Assembly: GCA_965222605.1 (NCBI GenBank)
Contig: OZ244960.1
Span: 5,088,001-5,152,000, forward strand
Direction: 5' to 3'
DNA: 64,000 bases
Source: Candidatus Latescibacterota bacterium
GTDB taxonomy: Bacteria > Latescibacterota > UBA2968
The notes beneath the pieces are model-generated. The model saw nothing but the letters and a program-made list of their open reading frames with translations, did not search any database and was not told where the DNA came from. Every line of letters starts with the position of its first letter. The first letter of the stretch is position 1. This document shows positions 36,538 to 46,060 of the stretch, piece by piece. The translations under genes and the position numbers were made by a program.

Positions 36538-37905
36538 ATGGCAAATTCAATAGAAATCGGTATCGCGCGTGCCGACATCACCCCTGCGGTGGGCATACCC
36601 ATGGTCGGTTTTGCTGGACGAGGATCTTCGACGCGTGTAAACGACCCGTTGTACGCTACGGCCATGGCTGTTTCCTGTGCGGGGGAGCAAGCCGTATTGA
36701 TCGCTTTGGATCTCCTTCAGTTTAAGGCGGAAACGGTTGCCGAGTTTCGCGCACTCATCCAGGCCGCATCGGGAATCTCCGCTGATCGGATTATCCTGGC
36801 ATGCAGCCACACCCATTACGGGCCTGATATCGATCGCGCAGGTAAGCAAACCTCATCGCCGGGACCGGGTCCAGCCGAAGCCTCTGAGTTGGTCGATGCC
36901 TATCGGATTCATCTCGGATTCAAACTGGCGGGTCTGGTACAGGAGGCACAGCAAAATTTGAAGCCAGCGCGAATGGGTATCGGCTGGGGCAGTTCCGACA
37001 TCGGTATTAACCGCAGGGAGAAGACCCCTGATGGGCGGATTATTCTCGGCAACAACTACGACGGGCCTGTTGACCGCGAGGTCGGCATTGCGCGGATTGA
37101 AGATACAGAGGGAAATCCCATCGCTTGTCTGGTCAATTTTGCGACGCATCCCGTTGCACAGACTTCTCAGCAACGCGCCATTTCCGCCGGGTTTCCCGGA
37201 AAGATGGCCCGCGTGGTAGAGAATCTCACTGGCGCGTATTGTCTTTTTCTACAGGGGGCGGCAGGAAATATCAATCCATCTGCCGGATTCCGGATTCCAG
37301 ATCAGCGGCCCGAAGACCTCCACAAACCGTCGGACAGCCTGGGGATTCGACTGGGCTGCGAAGCGGTACGCGTGTGGGAAACCATCACAGTCGGCGAGTC
37401 CCAGGGCTTGAATATCGCTTCAAAAACCATAAGTCTGCCTCGCTACATGTACGGCGACTTAAAAAGCGCAAAACAGCTCGATGGGGAATTTGCTCATGAG
37501 TTGGAAACGAGAAATCTCTCAGAAGGGCAGCGATATTGGACAGAGCTGAGGCAAAGTCGGGTGCGGGAAGCGATTAGAAGCCATCAGACGGGGGTTCCTC
37601 TCGATCCCGTTGAGGCGGAATTGCAGACATGGCGAATCGGCGATCTCGCCTTTGTGACTGCACCGGCGGAGATTTTTACTGAAAATGGCACGCTTGTGAA
37701 AAATCAATCTTCGTTCGATCACACTTTCTTCGTGGGCTATGCCAATGGCTCCATTGGGTATGTACCTACCGTGGATGCCTACCCCGAGGGGGGGTACGAA
37801 GTCACCCACGCCTGCCAGGTTGACCCCGAGGCGGGCGGTATGATCAACGAGAATTGCCTGGCACTGCTCCGGCAGCATAGCGAAGGAGATTTATATGGCA
37901 AATAG
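36538..37905 (+). CDS. Neutral/alkaline ceramidase-like amidohydrolase, paralog 1
   Basis: 'GIARADITP..G.PMVGF', 'DPLYA', 'SHTHYGP', 'INRR', 'NFATHP', 'FLQGAAGNINP', 'PAEIF', 'GYVP...GGYE'. Confidence 0.8.
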   Translation: MANSIEIGIARADITPAVGIPMVGFAGRGSSTRVNDPLYATAMAVSCAGEQAVLIALDLLQFKAETVAEFRALIQAASGISADRIILACSHTHYGPDIDRAGKQTSSPGPGPAEASELVDAYRIHLGFKLAGLVQEAQQNLKPARMGIGWGSSDIGINRREKTPDGRIILGNNYDGPVDREVGIARIEDTEGNPIACLVNFATHPVAQTSQQRAISAGFPGKMARVVENLTGAYCLFLQGAAGNINPSAGFRIPDQRPEDLHKPSDSLGIRLGCEAVRVWETITVGESQGLNIASKTISLPRYMYGDLKSAKQLDGEFAHELETRNLSEGQRYWTELRQSRVREAIRSHQTGVPLDPVEAELQTWRIGDLAFVTAPAEIFTENGTLVKNQSSFDHTFFVGYANGSIGYVPTVDAYPEGGYEVTHACQVDPEAGGMINENCLALLRQHSEGDLYGK

Positions 37906-39367
37906 ACCCAATATCCTGGTGATCATGTCCGATCAGCACAGCAAATTCCACATCGGATGTTATGGCGATGAAGTGGTTCGAACCCCGCATATGGACCGGC
38001 TTGCCGCCGAAGGCATACGGTTCAACAACGCCTATTGTGCAGCGCCGCTTTGCGTACCCAGCCGGATGGCTTTTATGACATCCAGAACGCCCACCGCGAA
38101 TCGCGTCTGGACAAATAGTCACATCCTCTCTTCCGCCATTCCCACCTGGGCACATGGCATGGGCGCAGCCGGCTATGAAACTGCTCTGATCGGCCGGATG
38201 CACTTTATTGGATCGGATCAGCGGCACGGATTCGAACGACGGCCGATCGGCGAACACGGCGCGCACCATCCGGGGGCACGCCGGAAAGGCGCCCCTCTAT
38301 TCCGCAAGATGCCCCTGGGAGTATCTGGGCAGAGCCGCGTAAGTGTAGAATACGCCGGATACGGGTTGTGTACCTATCAGGCCTATGATGACATGGTCGT
38401 TGCTTCTGCCCTCGATTATCTGGATGAAAAGGCTCAAGATAGGGGGGATCGCCCGTTTGCCGCCGTGGCTGGTTTTGTTTTGCCACACTGCCCTTATATC
38501 GCGGCCACAAAGGAACTTTTTGAATATTATTACGACCGGGTAGATGTTCCACAGCCAACGCCTGAAGAGGCACAGAGAGCACCTGCGGCCATTCGCAAGC
38601 TGAAACGCCTGCGCGATCTGGATCATCCGCTTCCCGAAGAACGCATTCGCGTGGCCCGGGCAGCCTATTTTGCCATGTGTGAGTATTTTGACAGCATCGT
38701 CGGCCAGATGCTCCAGAAGCTGGATGAGACGGGGCTGGCCGAAAACACGCTGGTCATCTACTGCTCTGACCACGGCGAAATGGCCGGAGAACACGGACTG
38801 TGGTCCAAAAGCAATTACTACGAAGCCTCTGTTTCCGTGCCCCTCATTGCCCGTTTGCCCGGGGTCATCCCAATGGGTGGAATCAGCGATAGCATCTGCA
38901 ACCTCATGGATATTGGACCGACCCTGATCGAGATGGCTGGCGCTACTCCCATGCCTGCTACCGATGGACGTTCGCTGTGGCCCCAGATGTGCGGAGAGAA
39001 CGATCCGAACTGGGTCGATGAAACCTTCAGCGAACATCTCTGGGAAGCCAACGAAGTGCCTTCGAGAATGATTCGAAGCGGTCCGTGGAAGCTTTACAAG
39101 TACAACGAACCCACCCCTCCAGCGCTCTTTAACCTGAAAGAAGACCCCGGAGAACTCAATGACCTGGGTCTGGACACGCGGCACCAGGATGTCCGAGAGA
39201 AGCTCTTGAAACGCCTCTACGAAGATTGGGATCCCGCAGGTATTATCAATGAAACAGCTATTCTGGACCGGGATTATCGTGTCATTTCGGCATGGGGCCA
39301 GGCCGTCCAGCCCATACACGAAGACACTGTAGCCGTGCCGGATGTGGAAGATATAGAACTTCGATAG
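37895..39367 (+). CDS. Formylglycine-dependent sulfatase (Cys-type, choline-sulfatase-like)
   Basis: 'PNILVIMSDQH', 'TPHMDRLA', CxPxR 'LCVPSR', 'GRMHF', 'SDHGE', 'KSNYYE'; no signal peptide. Confidence 0.92.
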   Translation: MANRPNILVIMSDQHSKFHIGCYGDEVVRTPHMDRLAAEGIRFNNAYCAAPLCVPSRMAFMTSRTPTANRVWTNSHILSSAIPTWAHGMGAAGYETALIGRMHFIGSDQRHGFERRPIGEHGAHHPGARRKGAPLFRKMPLGVSGQSRVSVEYAGYGLCTYQAYDDMVVASALDYLDEKAQDRGDRPFAAVAGFVLPHCPYIAATKELFEYYYDRVDVPQPTPEEAQRAPAAIRKLKRLRDLDHPLPEERIRVARAAYFAMCEYFDSIVGQMLQKLDETGLAENTLVIYCSDHGEMAGEHGLWSKSNYYEASVSVPLIARLPGVIPMGGISDSICNLMDIGPTLIEMAGATPMPATDGRSLWPQMCGENDPNWVDETFSEHLWEANEVPSRMIRSGPWKLYKYNEPTPPALFNLKEDPGELNDLGLDTRHQDVREKLLKRLYEDWDPAGIINETAILDRDYRVISAWGQAVQPIHEDTVAVPDVEDIELR

Positions 39368-39395
39368 ATGGTGAATTCAAATTAAGTGTGATCAC

Positions 39396-41384
39396 GTGTC
39401 CCAACCATTAGAAACTCGACGCGACCGACAAGATCAGGTGCCCGACTCTTCTCGATATAGGGGGTTGACCCTTCGCTCGGTACTCATTGGGCTTTGCGTT
39501 GCTGGTCTGGCCAACTTCTGGGTGACCTGGTCCGACTACGTCATACATTCCTCGACATGGAACCTGAGCCATTTTCCGATGGTCAACTTCATCCTCTTTC
39601 TATTGTTGACCGTCTTTTCCGCTGTGGCCGGACGAGTGCTTGGCCCCCGGTTTGCGCTTGCACCTTCGGAATTGGCAACAATAATGAGCATGGGGCTGGT
39701 CGGCAGCGTCGTGCCCACCAACGGATTTATCGGATATGTTCTCGGCATTCTGGCGACGCCGTATTATCTGGCGACGCCGGAAAACGGATGGGGAATCTAT
39801 TACCATCCCTACATTCCCGATTGGATGGTGCCATCGAACTCGGGTGAATCCATGCGGTATCTCTTTGAGGGGTTGCCCGGTGGCCTGCAGATTCCATGGC
39901 AGGTCTGGATTGGTCCTCTTCTCTGGTGGCTGAGTTTTGCCGGGGGTATTGCCCTGGTCTCGGCCTGTACTGTCGTATGCTTGAGAAAACAATGGACTGA
40001 TTACGAACGCCTCGATTATCCCATCATCGGGGTGGGAACCGATATGGCAATGAGGTCGCGGGCTGTGGGTTGGTTGCCGGAATATATGCACGGCCGCATT
40101 TTCTGGGGTGGATTCGCGGTTTCTTGCGGCATCGTTTGCTGGAATATTCCAGGCTACTTCATGCCCGGTATACCTGCTTTCCCGCTCTTGCCTCAGTGGT
40201 TCACCTTTGCAACCGGTTTTCCGACGATTGATTTCCACATCAGCTTTTTTGCCTTTGCCTTCGCCTTCTTCGTCAATCTCGAGGCCCTGTTCAGCGCCTG
40301 GTTCTTTTTCTTGCTGTTCATTTTACAAAGCGGCGTCTTCAACCGGTTTGGCTACACCATAGGCACTCGTGGTGATCCCTGGTCCTCTCTAAATCCTGCA
40401 GTGGGTTGGCAAAGCTGGGGGGCGATGTGTTTTATAGTCTTCTGGGGGCTCTGGGTTGGGCGAAATCACATCAAGCAAGTCTTCTACCAGGCCTTCTGTT
40501 CCGCCCGGGCTGGTCGTTCAGAAGAAATGATGTCCTACCGCATAGCTATTTTCGGGTTGGTCTTCGGTCTCGTCTATGTGATCGGCTTTCTGCACCATGC
40601 GGGAATGAGCTATAAGATGGCTGTTATCCTGATTTGCTGTACTCTCGTCGGATACCTTGGTGTTGCCCGTATCGTAGCCGAGACAGGCCTTCTTTATGTC
40701 GTCGTACCGGTGACGGGCCAGTCGGCTACCATATACCTTCTGGGGTCATATGGTATGCCTCCGGAAAGCATGACGTCCATGGTCTTCACCTATATGCTCG
40801 TTACCCGGGGCGCAGCTATGTTTATGCCCTCGTTCACGCAAATGGGCAAACTCGCGGATCGAATTCCCCAGATTCGACGAGGACTGATGCCGGCACTGGG
40901 TGGTGCAATCGTCGCCGGGGTCGTGATTTCCATTGTGGTTACCTTCTATCTGGGATACAGCCAGGGCGCCTACAACTTCAACACCTGGGTATTCGGTCTG
41001 GGAAGTCAGGTTCCCTTTATCGACACACTCACGAAAATCCGAACGCCCTTCTCCACGGACTGGAATCGCCTTTTTTTCTTTGGAATCGGAGTGGCTGTCT
41101 CTGCCTTGTTGACCTTTCTGCGTTACAGGTTTCCATGGTGGCCCCTTTCTCCGATCGGCTTTCCGCTTTCCACCTCCTGGCCAATGCGGAGGATCGGGTT
41201 CACAATTTTTCTGGCCTGGTTGGTAAAGGCGCTGGTTATGAAGATCGGAGGCGTTGTCCTCTACAGGCGATTTCAGCCCTTTGCACTGGGCCTGGTTGTC
41301 GGTTGGGCCGTCGGTGTGGGAATATCTTTTGTGGTAGATATCATCTGGTTTCCCGGTCAAGGACACAGGATTCACTGGTATTGA
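39396..41384 (+). CDS. DUF6785/DUF6784-like polytopic membrane protein (putative transporter), paralog 3
   Basis: GTG start, 662 aa, colinear with paralog 2 and sharing long identical blocks. Confidence 0.75.
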   Translation: MSQPLETRRDRQDQVPDSSRYRGLTLRSVLIGLCVAGLANFWVTWSDYVIHSSTWNLSHFPMVNFILFLLLTVFSAVAGRVLGPRFALAPSELATIMSMGLVGSVVPTNGFIGYVLGILATPYYLATPENGWGIYYHPYIPDWMVPSNSGESMRYLFEGLPGGLQIPWQVWIGPLLWWLSFAGGIALVSACTVVCLRKQWTDYERLDYPIIGVGTDMAMRSRAVGWLPEYMHGRIFWGGFAVSCGIVCWNIPGYFMPGIPAFPLLPQWFTFATGFPTIDFHISFFAFAFAFFVNLEALFSAWFFFLLFILQSGVFNRFGYTIGTRGDPWSSLNPAVGWQSWGAMCFIVFWGLWVGRNHIKQVFYQAFCSARAGRSEEMMSYRIAIFGLVFGLVYVIGFLHHAGMSYKMAVILICCTLVGYLGVARIVAETGLLYVVVPVTGQSATIYLLGSYGMPPESMTSMVFTYMLVTRGAAMFMPSFTQMGKLADRIPQIRRGLMPALGGAIVAGVVISIVVTFYLGYSQGAYNFNTWVFGLGSQVPFIDTLTKIRTPFSTDWNRLFFFGIGVAVSALLTFLRYRFPWWPLSPIGFPLSTSWPMRRIGFTIFLAWLVKALVMKIGGVVLYRRFQPFALGLVVGWAVGVGISFVVDIIWFPGQGHRIHWY

Positions 41385-41484
41385 GAGAGGCTTTTTGTCG
41401 ATCTAATCTATTTGCACACTGTAGGCTACAGGATAGTAGATATTCAAAAACTGAACTTCGACTGATCTATTGGAGTGAGAATCT

Positions 41485-42954
41485 ATGAATCGCGTAACCG
41501 ATCCCCGCGGGGAATCTCTAAAACTGATCGTCCCTTCCCAGACAGCCATCGGACAGCCGTTTACAGTCACTTTGGTCGCTTTTCTTCCAAATGGCAGGAC
41601 CAACTGGCATTACGACGGCACCTTGCACTTTGAGGTACTCTCAGATCCCAAGGTGCAAGGCGCTGGGCAAGTCCATGCGATCCCGGTTGCGGGTGGTGCT
41701 TTTAAGCATACTATGCGCTTGCTGACCGCCGGGTTGCACCGCATCTCCGTAAGAGATGAAGAGCGGGAGATGATCGCTCTTTCAAATGCCATTGTGGCCT
41801 ATGAAGATGCTCCTGAGTTGAATCTTTACTGGGGTGATATCCATATTCACGCAGGCGAAAGAAATCGGCATCAGGAAATTTCCGATGCGTACGCTTCCAT
41901 CGACTACAACTACCATTTTGGACGGCATGTAGCGGGTCTGGATTTTATGGCGCTGTCCGACCATGACCATCTCGGGTCCTGGAGGCGTGGTATCATTCCG
42001 ATATGGAACCGGTTCAAGAAAGCTGCGGAATACTTTTATCGTCCGGGTGAATTCGTCACCCTCCTGGGTTGGGAATGGACAAATGGTATCCACTTATGTC
42101 CGGGACGCCCTCAATATGGGCAAAAATGCGTCTATTTCAGGGATGGTGATGGTCCAATCTTCAGCGCGTCTGATCCCGGCAGCGACACGCCCGAAAAGCT
42201 GTACGATCACCTTCGGGCGCATCGTTGTTTTGTAATACCCCATCACGTTTCGGCACCGATCAATTTCTACAATGATTGGGACCATCACGACCCCGGCATT
42301 GAGCGCCTGGTGGAAATCTACTCGGGCTGGGGATGTGGAGAGCGCTCCGCCGGTGATGGCAACGCCTACCCGATTCGACCTGATCGCGAAGGTGACATGA
42401 AAGGCCACCATGTGATAGATGCACTTGCGCGAGGGCATACACTCGGGTTTACTGCCGGGGGAGATACGCATGATGCGGCGCCGGGAATCGGACATACATT
42501 TAATGGCCTTACCGGGAGGTTTGAGAACCAGCGTTGGGGGGGATTCAAGAAGCGGTATCGCCCCGGACTCCAGGGCGTGTGGGCGGAGGATCTCACGCGC
42601 GAGTCCATCTTTGAATCTATTTATTCCCGCCGGTCATACGGAACAACAGGTGCTCGCATCATTGTGAACACAGAACTGAACGGTGCGCCGATGGGAACAG
42701 TATTTGCTCTTCAGCCAGCCCATCCCTTCACCTATCGCGCTCATGTGGTCGGCACCAACAGATTGAAGCAACTCGAAATCGTTCGGAACGGAGAAACCGT
42801 ATATGTGAAGCAACCGGATTCAGAAACTTGCGACATCGAATTCACCGACCCCTTTCCCATAGACGACCGAGCTTACTACTACCTTCGCGTCACCCAAGAA
42901 GACAGTCACATGGCCTGGGCGAGTCCCCATTTTCTCCCGGGAAAGGCGGGTTGA
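41485..42954 (+). CDS. PHP-fold metallohydrolase (DUF3604 / CehA-McbA-like), paralog 1
   Basis: 'YWGDIHIH', 'LDFMALSDHD', 'GWEWT', 'IPHH', 'LVEIYSGWG', 'GGDTH', 'RRSYGTTG', 'YYLRVTQED...AWASP'. Confidence 0.8.
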   Translation: MNRVTDPRGESLKLIVPSQTAIGQPFTVTLVAFLPNGRTNWHYDGTLHFEVLSDPKVQGAGQVHAIPVAGGAFKHTMRLLTAGLHRISVRDEEREMIALSNAIVAYEDAPELNLYWGDIHIHAGERNRHQEISDAYASIDYNYHFGRHVAGLDFMALSDHDHLGSWRRGIIPIWNRFKKAAEYFYRPGEFVTLLGWEWTNGIHLCPGRPQYGQKCVYFRDGDGPIFSASDPGSDTPEKLYDHLRAHRCFVIPHHVSAPINFYNDWDHHDPGIERLVEIYSGWGCGERSAGDGNAYPIRPDREGDMKGHHVIDALARGHTLGFTAGGDTHDAAPGIGHTFNGLTGRFENQRWGGFKKRYRPGLQGVWAEDLTRESIFESIYSRRSYGTTGARIIVNTELNGAPMGTVFALQPAHPFTYRAHVVGTNRLKQLEIVRNGETVYVKQPDSETCDIEFTDPFPIDDRAYYYLRVTQEDSHMAWASPHFLPGKAG

Positions 42955-42999
42955 TATTTTGCAAAATTGGATTTACAAATGTCATAAGGAGCCGTATCT

Positions 43000-44430
43000 A
43001 TGAACCTATCAGGTTTTTTTATCGTGGCCCCATCTGTGGTCGGAATTGACGAGCCGTTCGAGCTGAAGCTCAAGCTTCTCGGAGACGTCCGGGAGATCCC
43101 TCCCGAATGCTTCCCTCTCAACCAGACCGAACCTCAATTGAGCAGCCGGTACAACCTGTCTCCAAGGGGACTGGCCTTCAAGGACAACGTCCTGCCCGAA
43201 TTCGAGGGTTCGATTGACCTTTCCGGCGGTGACGGCTATGAGGGGCCGGCCACTTATACATTTGAAGGGGGCCGTCGGCCTATTGCCGCCATACCTGGAA
43301 TCCGCTATACTCGGGAAGGCTTCCACTATATTACCGTTACGGCCAACGGGAAGCAGGCCCGCAGCAATCCCATCCGCGTCTGTCAGGCCCCCCCGGCAGA
43401 ACGCCTCTTCTGGGGAGACACCCACGCCCACACGATCTTCAGCGACGCTATTCGTTCCCCCGAGGAAGTCTATGGCTTTGCCCGCGACGAAGGATTTCTG
43501 GACTTGTTTTCAATGACCGATCACGCCGAAGCCCTGACAGATCGGCAGTGGGACTACTTCGTCAGCGTCGCAAACGACTACTATGAACCGGGCCGGTTTG
43601 CCACACTCTTGGCGCTTGAGTGGACCAATTTCGAAGTTGGCCACAGAAACGTTTACTACCCGGGCGACTACGGTCCTATACTTCGCGCTACAGACCCGCC
43701 CTACCAGGACCTGGAAGGCCTCTATCGAGCCGCCAGAGAACACGGTGCCCTCCTCGTCCCGCACCATTCGGCCAACACCCAGATGGGCGTCAAATGGCAC
43801 GCGGGGCACGACCCCGAAATGGAGCGCCTTGTAGAAATTCACTCCGTGTGGGCATGCAGCGAAAGGGCCGAACACCAGGGCAACCCTTACCCCATCCGGG
43901 TTCAGGACGGTGAAACTGACGGCCAGCACGTCATCGATGCTCTGAACCTGGGCTACCGGTTCGGCATCATTGGTAGCGGAGACATCCACGATGGAAGACC
44001 CGGAGACGATCTTTCCCGCCTGCAAAACATGGTACAATCCCATCTCACCGCACGGCAGGGTATTATGGGATTCTGGGCGAAGGAACTTACCCGTGAATCC
44101 GCATTCAAAGCCATGTGGAACCGCCGCGTTTTTGGTACCATGAATGTCCGCGTGTACCTCCGCTTCGAAGTCTGTGGCGCTTTTATGGGATCCACCATCA
44201 GGCACGACGGCTCCCGTCAGATCCGTTTGGAAGCTGCCAGTGAGTCCCCCTTCACGCTTATTGAGATTGTGCGGAACGGCGAAACCGTCCAGAAGATTGA
44301 ACCCGGCGAATGCGAAATTCTCTGGGATACGCAAGACAAGGGTTCGGGCGGCACGGACTACTACTATGGCCGCCTCATGCGAGAAGACGGCCAGATGGCG
44401 TGGTCCAGCCCGGTGTGGGTCGAGCCCTGA
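43000..44430 (+). CDS. PHP-fold metallohydrolase (DUF3604 / CehA-McbA-like), paralog 2
   Basis: 'FWGDTHAHTIFSD', 'TDH', 'LEWT', 'GHRNVY', 'VPHH', 'LVEIHSVW', 'SGDIHDGRPG', 'AWSSPVWV'. Confidence 0.8.
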   Translation: MNLSGFFIVAPSVVGIDEPFELKLKLLGDVREIPPECFPLNQTEPQLSSRYNLSPRGLAFKDNVLPEFEGSIDLSGGDGYEGPATYTFEGGRRPIAAIPGIRYTREGFHYITVTANGKQARSNPIRVCQAPPAERLFWGDTHAHTIFSDAIRSPEEVYGFARDEGFLDLFSMTDHAEALTDRQWDYFVSVANDYYEPGRFATLLALEWTNFEVGHRNVYYPGDYGPILRATDPPYQDLEGLYRAAREHGALLVPHHSANTQMGVKWHAGHDPEMERLVEIHSVWACSERAEHQGNPYPIRVQDGETDGQHVIDALNLGYRFGIIGSGDIHDGRPGDDLSRLQNMVQSHLTARQGIMGFWAKELTRESAFKAMWNRRVFGTMNVRVYLRFEVCGAFMGSTIRHDGSRQIRLEAASESPFTLIEIVRNGETVQKIEPGECEILWDTQDKGSGGTDYYYGRLMREDGQMAWSSPVWVEP

Positions 44431-44481
44431 TTCGCTCTGTGCCGCATCTTGCCCAGTGGTTGTCAGACTGTGGAGAAAACT

Positions 44482-45978
44482 ATGGATAGAGTGATCATTG
44501 CAGAGTGCAAGCAGGAAGTCTCGACGTTTAATCCCGTGCCCAGCCAGTACGACGATTTTCGAATCGTGCGTGGGCCTGACATGCTCGATTTCCATCGCGG
44601 CGTCGGTCAAGAAGTCGGCGGTGCCCTGAGCGTTTTGGACCGGGAAGAATCGCTTCACCTCGTGCCCACATACGGAGCATGTGCAAACACGTCTGGAGGT
44701 GTGCTTTCAAAAGACGGATTTGACCGTTTGAGCGATGAGTTTCTCAAAAGTATCCGGGGTGTCGGTGAGGTGGATGGGGCTTATTTCTCGCTTCACGGTG
44801 CCATGCAGGCCGAGAATGAAAATGATCCCGAAGGCTACCTGTTGCAAGAAGCCCGCCGCATCCTCGATGACCAGATTCCGATTGTGGTATCCCTGGACCT
44901 GCACGGTATCCTCACTGATCGGATGCTCGAGCACTGTGACGCTGTCGTCACGTACCACACCTATCCGCATATCGACTTCGTCGAAACAGGAAAGCGCGCG
45001 GCCTCCCTGCTGATCAGAATGCTGGATGGAAACATCCGCCCCGTGACTGCAAGAGTCAAGATTCCGGCGCTGGTGCGTGGCGATGAAATGATTACCGAGA
45101 CCGGGGCAATTCGCGAATGTATTCAGTTGGCGAAGCGGATCGAAGCCAGCGAAGCGGGTCTTTCTGCTGGCGTGATGTGGGGAAACCCGTTCACCGATGT
45201 CCCGGAGCTTCGAACAAATAGTATCGTTGTCATGGATGGCGATGAAGCCGCCGCCACCCAATACGCGGTGGATCTGGCAAACCGGTTCTGGAAGCATCAC
45301 AAAAAGATGCAGGTGCCCCTGACCAGCCTTGAAGAAAGCGTCCGGCTCGCTGCCGAAGTCGATTCTGGAACCGTCGTCATGATGGATGCAGCCGACGCGA
45401 CCAGTTCTGGTGCATCGGGTGACAGCAACGCCATTGTGCGAGAACTGATGCGCCAAAAATATCCCGGGAGAGTCCTTGCTCCGGTCGTGGACCCCGCCGC
45501 CGCCCAGAAAGCTTTCGACGCGGGTATAGGCGCCACTATCCGCACCACCTTAGGCGGCGCATTCGACAGGGCCAGGTACGAACCGCTGGAAATAGAGGCC
45601 CGGGTCCACCTGCTTTCAGACGGCGTTTTTCGCAGCGAGTCCTTCGGCTGGCACTGGAATTCGGGAAATACCGCTGTCCTCAAGGCGGATAACCATACTC
45701 TTGTGGTCGGTACAAGGCCAGTCAGCCTGTTTGACCGATCGTGGTTTTACGCTCATGGACAGGATCCAAAGAAATTCGACCTGGTTGTCGTAAAGTCGCC
45801 TCATTGCGAGCCCCATATGTTTGCCGACTGGTGCGCGAAGTTGATCAATGTCGACGCCCCCGGAGCGACGAGCGCGAACTTACAGAGCCTCGGACATACG
45901 ATTTGTAATCGACCGATTTTTCCGCTGGATGATGTCGTGGAATTTCATCCGGCAGCGGATATATTTCGTCGGAATTAA
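44482..45978 (+). CDS. M81 family metallopeptidase (MlrC-like)
   Basis: 'KQEVSTFNP', 'SLHGAM', 'DPEG.LL', 'SLDLHG', 'YHTYPHID', 'DAAD..SGA.GD', 'VVVKS'; ATG after GGAG. Confidence 0.9.
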   Translation: MDRVIIAECKQEVSTFNPVPSQYDDFRIVRGPDMLDFHRGVGQEVGGALSVLDREESLHLVPTYGACANTSGGVLSKDGFDRLSDEFLKSIRGVGEVDGAYFSLHGAMQAENENDPEGYLLQEARRILDDQIPIVVSLDLHGILTDRMLEHCDAVVTYHTYPHIDFVETGKRAASLLIRMLDGNIRPVTARVKIPALVRGDEMITETGAIRECIQLAKRIEASEAGLSAGVMWGNPFTDVPELRTNSIVVMDGDEAAATQYAVDLANRFWKHHKKMQVPLTSLEESVRLAAEVDSGTVVMMDAADATSSGASGDSNAIVRELMRQKYPGRVLAPVVDPAAAQKAFDAGIGATIRTTLGGAFDRARYEPLEIEARVHLLSDGVFRSESFGWHWNSGNTAVLKADNHTLVVGTRPVSLFDRSWFYAHGQDPKKFDLVVVKSPHCEPHMFADWCAKLINVDAPGATSANLQSLGHTICNRPIFPLDDVVEFHPAADIFRRN

Positions 45979-46060
45979 ATAGGACATAGACATCACTAAC
46001 ACATATATTGGATCACCCTCGCTTCCATCAGGCATTGGAACTGACACAGAAAGGGCACCT

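Noticed and set aside
40634-41488. 284-aa alternative-frame ORF over DUF6785 paralog 3
   Set aside because: Same-strand off-frame overlap with atypical composition. The main frame is intact and colinear with paralog 2, so no frameshift is indicated.
43510-44658. 382-aa minus-strand ORF (also 38297-39319, 48600-49577, 7202-8059, 51169-51948)
   Set aside because: Antisense shadows of well-supported genes, expected from codon bias in GC-rich DNA; no recognisable domains.
44482-45978. Microcystin degradation (mlr) cluster
   Set aside because: Only an MlrC-family member is present. No MlrA/B/D-like genes are adjacent, and M81 peptidases are widespread.
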